DNA from: Pseudobacteriovorax sp.
Lineage (GTDB): Bacteria > Bdellovibrionota_B > Oligoflexia > Oligoflexales > Oligoflexaceae
Length of the DNA stretch: 15,633 bases
Assembly (NCBI GenBank): GCA_050293845.1
Contig: JBNKNM010000121.1
Location: 1-15,633, forward strand
Reading direction: 5' to 3'
Part shown: positions 1-7,158 of the stretch, in pieces
Numbering within the stretch: the first letter of the stretch is position 1
Layout: each line of letters begins with the position of its first letter
Notes under the pieces: model-generated
The model's input: the letters and a program-made list of their open reading frames with translations, nothing else
Databases searched by the model: none
What the model was told of the DNA's origin: nothing
Translations under genes and position numbers: made by a program

Positions 1-480
1 GGAGTTTGAACACTGGAAACACAAAATAAATCGGTTGGGTTTTTGGAACATTCCCATAGAGAAAAAAACGCCACGCTCTTTGACATGAGAATCATCAAAA
101 TCCAACTGAGCATACCGACCCAAAGGAGTTGCCGGCTACTCCTATGAATAACTGTGTAGAAAAGCAGATATTCATTGCTGGCTAGTGGGATGCAGATCGA
201 AACCACGATAATCTTGACGCTGCAAAGGAGGATAGAATTTGCAAATAGAGGCAGTTTTGGAGTGTGTTGGGCTGAATTAGCGTAGGTTTAGTTGCTGAAG
301 AAGTCTTTGGGATTAGTTTAAGAAGGTTTTCTGAGGATTTGGGTATTTGGTGGAGGTAAGCGGGATGTACCACCGTCGTTTGTAAGTACTCATATTCACT
401 CAATATTTAATAATATCGCAAGCTTGCATCTCCCAATTCTACCCATTTCAACTCATTTTCCCCCATTTCATCACGGTTAA

Positions 481-510
481 TCCCGTACAGTTCCCGTACA
501 GTTCGTACAG
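481..510. repeat. Short tandem direct repeat TCCCGTACAGT-TCCCGTACAGT-TCGTACAG (CGTACAG x3)
   Basis: Read directly: two exact 11-bp units (481-491, 492-502) and a third shortened unit, in non-coding DNA ~80 bp upstream of the ParB-like gene. Confidence 0.85.
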
Positions 511-556
511 GAAGTTTGGAGTGGAAAAATCTTGTAACAACTTGAAATCATTGAAA

Positions 557-571
557 GGGGAATCATTCCCC
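557..571. promoter_or_regulatory. Perfect palindrome GGGGAAT-C-ATTCCCC, candidate operator
   Basis: 7-bp arms with a 1-nt centre, 20 nt upstream of the ATG at 592 and just 5' of its RBS (GGAGA 579-583). Operator function is inferred. Confidence 0.5.
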
Positions 572-591
572 AAAAATCGGAGAAAATAGCT

Positions 592-1296
592 ATGATTAAG
601 CATATTGACAATATTGAAGCCATCGAAAACCTAAATTCGGCCAACTATAGACCCATAAACGAGGATCAAGTAGCAGCCCTAATGGCCTCGATTCGTGAAA
701 TTGGTTTGCAGGAACCCATAAAAGTTTTCGAAATTAAGGACACCAAAGAGCGGTTTATCATTTGCGGCCATCATCGCGCTGAGGCAATAAGGCGATTAAG
801 AGAAGCCAATGCGACGATATTTTATAATCTACCCACGGAGCTAAAACGAGGTACTAGGGAGGAGCTAGAGAGCCAATCAACCATTGTTGGCTCGATAGTA
901 TCCAACATGTTTCGCACGGATATGACAGTTTTCGAACGTGCAGCCGCTTACCAAAAGCTTGTTGATGCTGGCTTAACGGTTCAGGAAATAGCGCGAAGGC
1001 TTACCAAGGATCGCAAGACAGTGACCAACGGCCTTGCTGTAGCCGCTTTACCCTTAGAAGTAAAGGATTGGATCGCAGACAACAAGATCTCGGATTCTAG
1101 GGTCTATTCTGTGGCTAGAGCCTATAAGCGCGACCCTAGTATTGATTGCATTGCTAAGCTGCGAAAGTCTCCGCAAACTAAGAATGGCCTTACAGCAAAA
1201 AGGATGATTCAGGTTGATATTGATCAATTGGTGGAAAAACTTAAGCAAGCCAAGCTTGGTGATTCTACGATCGAAAGGATTATCAACGTGCTTTAA
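592..1296 (+). CDS. ParB/RepB/Spo0J-family protein (ParB N-terminal domain + HTH), 234 aa, no adjacent parA in the window
   Basis: NYR..., L.ASIREIGLQEPIKV (Box I), GHHRAEA (GxxRxxA motif), N..R.DMT.FERA.AY..L, and HTH GLTVQEIARRLTKDRKTVTNGL. RBS GGAGA upstream. Confidence 0.9.
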   Translation: MIKHIDNIEAIENLNSANYRPINEDQVAALMASIREIGLQEPIKVFEIKDTKERFIICGHHRAEAIRRLREANATIFYNLPTELKRGTREELESQSTIVGSIVSNMFRTDMTVFERAAAYQKLVDAGLTVQEIARRLTKDRKTVTNGLAVAALPLEVKDWIADNKISDSRVYSVARAYKRDPSIDCIAKLRKSPQTKNGLTAKRMIQVDIDQLVEKLKQAKLGDSTIERIINVL

Positions 1297-1307
1297 CTAG
1301 ACCACTA

Positions 1308-1327
1308 AGCCCTCCACACCGAGGGCT
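1308..1327 (+). terminator. Stem-loop AGCCCTC-cacacc-GAGGGCT after the ParB-like gene
   Basis: 7-bp GC-rich stem 11 nt after the stop codon. The U-tract is weak (ACTTCAATTT). Confidence 0.5.
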
Positions 1328-1361
1328 ACTTCAATTTAGGACATTTATTTTCAAACAACAC

Positions 1362-1377
1362 AGTATGACGTCACACT
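1362..1377. promoter_or_regulatory. 16-bp near-perfect palindrome AGTATGACGTCACACT (parS-like geometry)
   Basis: One mismatched pair. Matches canonical parS TGTTTCACGTGAAACA at 10/16 positions including the ACGT centre; lies just downstream of the ParB-like gene. Confidence 0.35.
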
Positions 1378-1504
1378 CTATTTGCTTATCTATTATTACA
1401 TTCCCTAAAACCACTGTTTTAAGGCACACTTTTACTAGGTATAGATGACAATATGCAATTTGTTATATTAACCAACTTGACTTCGCACATAAAAACGGGA
1501 TCAG

Positions 1505-1518
1505 TAGTGTCGACACTA
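1505..1518. promoter_or_regulatory. Perfect 14-bp palindrome TAGTGTCGACACTA
   Basis: Read directly. Lies in the convergent intergenic region and shares the AGTGT/ACACT half-site with 1362-1377. Confidence 0.4.
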
Positions 1519-1583
1519 TAAATAGCATTGAAGATTGTAAGAGTTCTTTCGTATCTTCCTCTAATTTGCTGCGGAACAAGAAG

Positions 1584-1934
1584 CTATTTTACGTATGCAA
1601 ACATTCCATCTGCGCTGGTATCGTTATCAAAGCCGTGTATAGACTTATGATGAAACCTCCAATTTACAAATTTTTCTCCACGTTGAGGAGGGACTATTAA
1701 AAAGTCATTTATTTCAGATTTCAGAATTTTTTCAAGAGCAGCTACTGTAGTATCACCATGTAGAGATACTCTCCCTTCTAAGTTGGGTACCTCGTTGAGA
1801 TCAAAGGTGCAAACTATTTTGCGGTTTGATTGAGCTGTTGTACTTCCGTCCAACTGAACCGCATTTGGATTATTTGGGAACCAGGTATTTTTCAACCATT
1901 CTTGGAATTTTTTGAAACTATTAAAACTATCCAT
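1584..1934 (-). CDS. Hypothetical protein, 116 aa (MDSFNSFKKFQEWLKNTWFP...GMFAYVK)
   Basis: Start moved from the ORF track (2072) to the ATG at 1934, which has an AAGGAG RBS (1941-1946) and avoids overlap with the divergent gene. Globular-looking composition; family not recognised. Confidence 0.7.
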   Translation of the reverse strand: MDSFNSFKKFQEWLKNTWFPNNPNAVQLDGSTTAQSNRKIVCTFDLNEVPNLEGRVSLHGDTTVAALEKILKSEINDFLIVPPQRGEKFVNWRFHHKSIHGFDNDTSADGMFAYVK

Positions 1935-1993
1935 TGATAGCTCCTTCTCAAGTAGGAGTAATACAAACCGATATCGGAACTGGAGGAAGAAAC

Positions 1994-2797
1994 ATGAGAA
2001 TAATCCAATCCGATCAGTTCGATAAAATTTACAAGGAAGCGACTGCGATTTTGCTGTCGCATCTATCATCACCAGTCAACAGTAGCAAGGGTAACAATAT
2101 TGAAATATCAAACATCGGGATAGAATTGGCAGATATAAACTCCTACGAGATTGATTTTGAGCATACCTTCTTGCCTGATCGCCAACAAATCTACAAACGC
2201 TACCTTGAAAAAGAGCTTGATTGGTACTTTGAGAAACGACCGAACGAACTACACTACAAAAAAACACCATCACCAAATGTTTGGAAAAATTATGCTGATG
2301 AGAAAGGGTTTGTCGTTTCTAACTACGGGTATATGATTCTTCGAGAGATGAAACGGTTTGGGCGTAAAAGAGGAAAAGGCAGAAAAGCTACATCATATGA
2401 TTTCTGTGCAGATTTATTGCTCCGGAAACCAAAAACACGACAGGCTATTCTTCACTACAACCTACCAAAGCACTTTAATAAAGACGCTAAGGATATTCCT
2501 TGCACAGTTGCTGGACAGGTTTTTATCCGGGATCTTAAGCTTCATATGACTGTGTTTCAACGATCTAGTGATATCTTCACGGGGCTTCCATATGATGTTC
2601 CATGGCATTGTGAGTTAATGAAATATATGATTCGAGATATCAGGGAACGCGCACCTAAAATCAATACAGATAAGGGTCTCTCGAAAATTGAATCAGGATC
2701 ATTAACACTGTTCATTTCCAGTCTTCATCTGTATGAGGACAACTATGAAGAAGCTCTAAAGATCAGTCAGAATCAGGCTATCAAAATGGTAGCGTAA
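1994..2797 (+). CDS. Thymidylate-synthase-fold protein, dCMP hydroxymethylase-like (T4 gp42 type), 267 aa
   Basis: ATG 1994 with GGAGG RBS (1982-1986). Motifs YLEKELDWY, PNVW...G...SNYG, TRQA, DIPCT (catalytic Cys170), QRSSD, GLPYDVPW (Asp201, 31 residues after the Cys) and SLHLY parallel T4 gp42 as recalled (YIQRELEWY, NSNYG, DFMCT, RSND, GFRNDYAW, SLHVY). Confidence 0.85.
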   Translation: MRIIQSDQFDKIYKEATAILLSHLSSPVNSSKGNNIEISNIGIELADINSYEIDFEHTFLPDRQQIYKRYLEKELDWYFEKRPNELHYKKTPSPNVWKNYADEKGFVVSNYGYMILREMKRFGRKRGKGRKATSYDFCADLLLRKPKTRQAILHYNLPKHFNKDAKDIPCTVAGQVFIRDLKLHMTVFQRSSDIFTGLPYDVPWHCELMKYMIRDIRERAPKINTDKGLSKIESGSLTLFISSLHLYEDNYEEALKISQNQAIKMVA

Positions 2798-2807
2798 GGA
2801 GACAATT

Positions 2808-3218
2808 TTGGAAGTTCCAGTTGTTGCAGCTGTAATCATGAAAGATGATAAAGTTCTACTTGCTCAAAGGAAGCACGAGAAGTTTGATAAATTGTGGGAG
2901 TTTCCAGGTGGAAAAAGAGAACCTGGAGAATCCGATGCGGATTGTTTGATCCGTGAAATTAAGGAAGAACTTGATTTATTGATCATTGTCGACGATATAG
3001 TTACATCGATTAGTTACTCATATAAGGATTTTGATGCAAAGATTAGTTTCTACTTTGCTACGATTTTAGAAGGTAATCTTAAGCTATCGGTTCATTATCA
3101 AGTGGCTTTTGTGCATCCTAAAGATTTGTGTAGATATAAACTTTTGCCTTCTAATATCGGTATTGCCAAAAAGCTAGAGCACTTCTTAATCAACAAAAAG
3201 AATCAGAATCAAGATTGA
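2808..3218 (+). CDS. Nudix hydrolase, MutT/NudG-like (d)NTP pyrophosphohydrolase, 136 aa
   Basis: Complete Nudix box WEFPGGKREPGESDADCLIREIKEEL, plus VVAAVI..D.KVLLAQR and L.VH elements typical of the MutT/NudG subfamily. TTG start with AAGGAG RBS overlapping the upstream stop; 10-nt gap implies an operon. Confidence 0.92.
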   Translation: MEVPVVAAVIMKDDKVLLAQRKHEKFDKLWEFPGGKREPGESDADCLIREIKEELDLLIIVDDIVTSISYSYKDFDAKISFYFATILEGNLKLSVHYQVAFVHPKDLCRYKLLPSNIGIAKKLEHFLINKKNQNQD

Positions 3219-3341
3219 CAAAAATTCTCTTAAAAAGAAAGTTTTAAGGGACGCTTTGAAAAGACCGGTATGAATCAATTTATACACCTTATGGAGGTGA
3301 CTTTCTTTGTTCTAAAAGAAAGCTATAGACCCGAAAAAATT

Positions 3342-4301
3342 TCACTTCAATGTCTTCCCCTTTTCATAGGTTCGCATGTCGATTTTGGGAGACTTTCCTT
3401 TAAATGTCTGCATTTGTAAATACTCTTCGGAATTCCTAATTTCTCCGGGAATATTCTTTAACGAATCTAACAAGCTTTTTACGTTGGGGTGTGGACTCGT
3501 CTCGCTAAACCAAGTCTGCATCATTTTGCCATGTTTTTTTTCTAAGTTTTCCGGTGTCTTTTGAAACTCAAATAGAATTAATGCGCTTGAAGGATCTAGT
3601 CCATTCGTAATCTGATAAATGAATGCTGCTATGTATTTGATGCATTTCTGGGCACGCCCTCTATTCAGCGAGGACCATGAGTCACCAAGTTTTAGAATTT
3701 TACCTCTAGCATCCTCACGATTAGACATTAGGCTATATACATAGGAGTCAGGGTTTTCTGATACAACTGGATCACTTGGAGTTTCATGACCCCCAAATGA
3801 GCATATCCTTGATAGATTCATGATTTCCGTCCGACTAGTATTTTTTCTAAAATAGTATACTGATACTCTCTTGTAGCCCCAATCCCATTGGTCATCTGCA
3901 TCTTGTGGACTACCGTAAACCAATTCAAATATTGAGCTAAGGTGTCCTCTTAGATGTATTCCAACAAACGATAGGTATAGATTAACACGAGCTTTCTCAC
4001 GGTTATATAAGGCCTCATAATTCTCTTGTTTTTTTGCCCGCTTGTTCGCTAAAAGTAAGGAAATAATTATATAAACCATAATTATAATGAATAAAATCCA
4101 AATTGTAGAATAGGCGTTCTCTTCTAATTTTATCCAGAGGAAGCCGGAAACAAAAATTCCAAGATATGCATTTAAGATTTCAGAGTAGACAAAATGAAAG
4201 TTAGCTTGACTATTAAGTTTAAGCCAGATTACGAGGGGGTATATGACTAGTGCGAGAATACATAAAATTAGTGGTATGATTACTTGAATTTCTAAACTCA
4301 T
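3342..4301 (-). CDS. Membrane protein with three N-terminal TM helices and a soluble C-terminal domain (possibly GAF-like), 319 aa
   Basis: Hydrophobic segments at about aa 6-27, 37-57 and 66-85, then a charged helical linker and an alpha/beta domain (KRVSVYYF...IKYIAAFIY...ALILFEF). The GAF-like call is pattern inference only. Confidence 0.75.
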   Translation of the reverse strand: MSLEIQVIIPLILCILALVIYPLVIWLKLNSQANFHFVYSEILNAYLGIFVSGFLWIKLEENAYSTIWILFIIIMVYIIISLLLANKRAKKQENYEALYNREKARVNLYLSFVGIHLRGHLSSIFELVYGSPQDADDQWDWGYKRVSVYYFRKNTSRTEIMNLSRICSFGGHETPSDPVVSENPDSYVYSLMSNREDARGKILKLGDSWSSLNRGRAQKCIKYIAAFIYQITNGLDPSSALILFEFQKTPENLEKKHGKMMQTWFSETSPHPNVKSLLDSLKNIPGEIRNSEEYLQMQTFKGKSPKIDMRTYEKGKTLK

Positions 4302-4726
4302 TTTTAAGCCTGATTTATTCGCACTACCTTAAGGCTATCGGAAGGATAGAGAACACCTTTACATTGTTTTAAATGGATGTTTTGATGATTTTTGAACAAT
4401 ATGTGCATTGTAAGGTAATTCACACATAGGCGCGTTCCATAAAAGGAAGGATTTAAGAAACAACTCAATAATCTTTTTTCCATACGCGGTTTCAATGTTC
4501 TCGCTATCTCTTAAAGCCGTGCCTTAAAGTATAGTACTGTAAACTCCCAAAAGATGGAATAAATGAAACAAACTTATTTGTAGTAACAGTGAAACGTATT
4601 GGATATAATACGGTTAGTCCCATGAGTAGAATTTCGATCTATAAATTAATAACCTAGGGAATAAAATCTATAGAGTAAAGCCAAATCGTCCAGGGCTTGA
4701 TGCTTTGAAATTCATTGAAACAGCCG

Positions 4727-4863
4727 ATGTTGATCAAGCTACTTCGTTTTAGAAGGTTTTCTATGGTAGAAAGGGTTTTGAGGCGTCCCAAAACCCTTTT
4801 GAAATAAAGGATAGCCAATTTTTAGGCAAAACTCCTCCTGAAGCGCAGTAGCTTGATCGATGT
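4727..4863 (+). ncRNA. Candidate structured RNA or MITE-like inverted-repeat element (~137 nt)
   Basis: 4727-4756 pairs with 4834-4863 as a 30-bp helix (23 Watson-Crick, 5 G-U, 2 mismatches on the + strand; perfect 12-bp core GATCAAGCTACT/AGTAGCTTGATC). It encloses a perfect 11-bp hairpin AAAGGGTTTTG-8-CAAAACCCTTT (4770-4799). Confidence 0.5.
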
Positions 4864-5047
4864 GAGAAACAGGTAACAATATGAATAGTAATTATTATAT
4901 TTTTATAAGTATTAAAAATACTAAATAATTCCAAAGTATATTAAACTTTTTCCTAATATATACTTTTTAGTAAGAAAATGGCTATTCGTTAACCCAGTCC
5001 AACTAGATATCCGATCCTTCTTTTGAATTAGAAGAGGATCTATTCTA

Positions 5048-6784
5048 ATGGCCGGACAAAAACGATTCATCAATTTCAAATTATATCTTTTTAAGAGAAA
5101 TATTAATTCAATAGGTGATGTTTTTGATGCTGATTCGGCAGATGTTCAAATTAATGTTGTACAGAACCAAGATATGACTATTAAAGCATTTTTTTTCCAG
5201 GGAGACGAGACACAGCCAAACTGGATAAAAGATTTAGAAATTTTAATAGATACTAGTAATCAAACTATTTCACAGAAATTCTCTAACTCTGGTAAAAAAC
5301 TTGAATCTGCATCAACTTCCTGTGTTTTGTACATCGAATACCGAGGTCGAGTGTATGCCCTAAGTTATGGTCCATCGGGGTGGAGAAAGATTTCGAATGA
5401 AGCAGTCGATGATTTTGGCATAAAGGTAGTCTTGAATTCATTAAGTGTTAATTCAATAAAGAAAATAATTAGCGAAACAAAAGAAGGAAACAGAGTATAC
5501 ATATCAAGAAAAACACAAGATAAGGTGAATATCAGTGATTTAGGGTTTATACCGAGAAAAGAGTTTTTGACAGGTGTCGGTGGTGTACCGAACGATCCAT
5601 CTCTCGCAAAATATATTGAAGGAGTAAAAGGACTGCAAGTAAGGGTTTCAGTTGAAGACTTTGTATTGACCGAATTTATAAAAAAAGTTGAAAAAATCTA
5701 TCTGTGTAAAGACTATTTAAAAAATTTCAGTTTTTATGATGAAGCTATGGAGGCAGTTGATCCAAGTATTGTCGGAAAACTAAATGAAATATTTTTTGAT
5801 AGATTAATTAAAAAACAAGGTAAATTCTATGTGACTAATATTTTTTCTGAAGGAAAACCATCCTCCATCACTATTTTTAATAGTAATGGCGAGAATAAAG
5901 AGTATTTGCCTGATGATTGGTCCTTTGAAGTGGTTTCTGAACTAATCGATGAAAACTTCATTTCAGAGGAAGTGAAATTAGATTACGCAACTGTAGCTTA
6001 CGAAGGTAGTTCACTAACTTTAAAAAAAGTCCCCTTAGAACTTTTCACAACCACCATTGAGTTAGACGATAGAGTATATAGCTTGATAGAAGGTAATTGG
6101 TCAAAGGTTAGGGATGGATTCATTGAAGATCTTGATAGTGAACTAGCAACTTCCTTGAGTTTTGGTGAAGATCTGGAAAATTACGATCCTATATACCATG
6201 TGGATTCCAAAGGAAACCAATCCGAAGGACAATATAATATAGATATGGGAAGCAGAGAAGGCTATAGCTACCTTGACAAAGAGTGTATTGAAGGCGTGGA
6301 AATAGCAGATATTGTATCTAATATTAGAAAACCAAGATTTTATCATGTTAAAAAAGGAACGGGTATTAGCTCAGTTTCTTATGTAACAGCACAAGCGCTC
6401 GATTCAACTCAACTATTCGTTACCTCAGAAAAATATCGCACTCAAATACTGAATGAAATTTCACATGAAATAGAGCCAGCTTTTGAGACGGCTGCTGAAG
6501 ACAAGCAATTTGGTGTAGATCTTGTCCTTATTCGCAAAACTGCTTTTGAAGATTTGTCCGATTTTTCGCTTCCAGCAAAACTTACACTGAGGGACTATAT
6601 TAGAGACATGAGAGATGGACTAAGAGTAACTGACATAAGAATTCAAAGTATACGTCACATGACTGAACTTGAGTCACAAGAAGCGGCTAGGAAAAGGAGT
6701 GAACATGCCGCAGTTGAAGCTGCAAGAGCTAAGCAAATTGCTGATAAAAAGAAAGACGAACGAATAATCCAGAATAAAAGCTAA
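5048..6784 (+). CDS. TIGR04141/DUF6119-like sporadically distributed protein with a putative C-terminal PD-(D/E)xK-type nuclease domain, 578 aa
   Basis: N-terminal .LYLFK, P.WI..L, S.S.VL......R.YALSYG..G, DFG.KV.LNS and C-terminal EG.YN, LD...., E.AD, .HVK, S...Y...Q patterns that I recognise from this family. RBS GAGG upstream. Confidence 0.8.
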   Translation: MAGQKRFINFKLYLFKRNINSIGDVFDADSADVQINVVQNQDMTIKAFFFQGDETQPNWIKDLEILIDTSNQTISQKFSNSGKKLESASTSCVLYIEYRGRVYALSYGPSGWRKISNEAVDDFGIKVVLNSLSVNSIKKIISETKEGNRVYISRKTQDKVNISDLGFIPRKEFLTGVGGVPNDPSLAKYIEGVKGLQVRVSVEDFVLTEFIKKVEKIYLCKDYLKNFSFYDEAMEAVDPSIVGKLNEIFFDRLIKKQGKFYVTNIFSEGKPSSITIFNSNGENKEYLPDDWSFEVVSELIDENFISEEVKLDYATVAYEGSSLTLKKVPLELFTTTIELDDRVYSLIEGNWSKVRDGFIEDLDSELATSLSFGEDLENYDPIYHVDSKGNQSEGQYNIDMGSREGYSYLDKECIEGVEIADIVSNIRKPRFYHVKKGTGISSVSYVTAQALDSTQLFVTSEKYRTQILNEISHEIEPAFETAAEDKQFGVDLVLIRKTAFEDLSDFSLPAKLTLRDYIRDMRDGLRVTDIRIQSIRHMTELESQEAARKRSEHAAVEAARAKQIADKKKDERIIQNKS

Positions 6785-6786
6785 AA

Positions 6787-7158
6787 TCAGCAAATTAACG
6801 TTAGCTTTGAGCCCTTTTTACTCATCCTTTTCGCCGCAGCGTATGCCAATACTGAAATGCTCCTTAGCGTCTCAACTGTAGCTTGAATTTCCTTCTGATA
6901 AAGAAGTCTATTTGACATATAAGTCTCTAAATCCCTCTCTAGTGTATCAATTTGCCTTTTCAACTTTCTAAAGTCTTCAGGAATAAGCATAGGTTTACAG
7001 AGGTAGTTCAAACTATCATCATATTCTTTCCGGCGTATTCTCGTTGATTTACACTCCGCTAAACTCATTTCGGGATGACTTATTATTGACATCTTCATCT
7101 CGCTAGAATCTTTAAAGTTAAACTGGGATTTGTAGGGATAATTTGTGCCATTTTCCAT
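6787..7158 (-). CDS. Hypothetical protein, 123 aa, C-terminal coiled coil
   Basis: ATG-initiated ORF ending 2 nt from the convergent gene's stop; heptad-like segment FRKLKRQIDTLERDLETYM...EIQATVETLRSI. Confidence 0.55.
   Translation of the reverse strand: MENGTNYPYKSQFNFKDSSEMKMSIISHPEMSLAECKSTRIRRKEYDDSLNYLCKPMLIPEDFRKLKRQIDTLERDLETYMSNRLLYQKEIQATVETLRSISVLAYAAAKRMSKKGSKLTLIC

Noticed and set aside
1..403. 73-aa minus ORF, chain of short ATGA-overlapping plus ORFs (ending 88, 147, 185), and a hydrophobic minus frame running off the left edge
   Set aside because: No recognisable motifs or convincing RBS; cannot decide which, if any, is real without upstream sequence.
1419..1583. Open frame of ~54 codons continuing past the TAG of the 116-aa gene (readthrough or TAG recoding)
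   Set aside because: Other TAG stops in the window are immediately followed by an RBS and new signal-peptide genes, supporting the standard code; a chance open frame is plausible.
1935..2072. N-terminal extension of the 162-aa ORF in the track
   Set aside because: It overlaps the hydroxymethylase start; the internal ATG at 1934 has a clear AAGGAG RBS.
1934..2797. Annotation as ordinary thyA with a TTG start at 1934
   Set aside because: Asp rather than Asn at the specificity position and gp42-like motifs; the ATG at 1994 has a GGAGG RBS and avoids overlap with the divergent gene.
3219..3341. GAAA-loop hairpin followed by GGGACGC (c-di-GMP-I riboswitch-like), and faint similarity to the 4727-4863 element
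   Set aside because: Lacks GGCAAAC, GCAAA and the second stem, and lies between convergent 3' ends; the similarity is only ~7-nt patches. The small hairpins here are more likely termination structures.
4304..4495. 63-aa minus ORF upstream of the TM gene
   Set aside because: TTG start, no RBS, no protein-like features.
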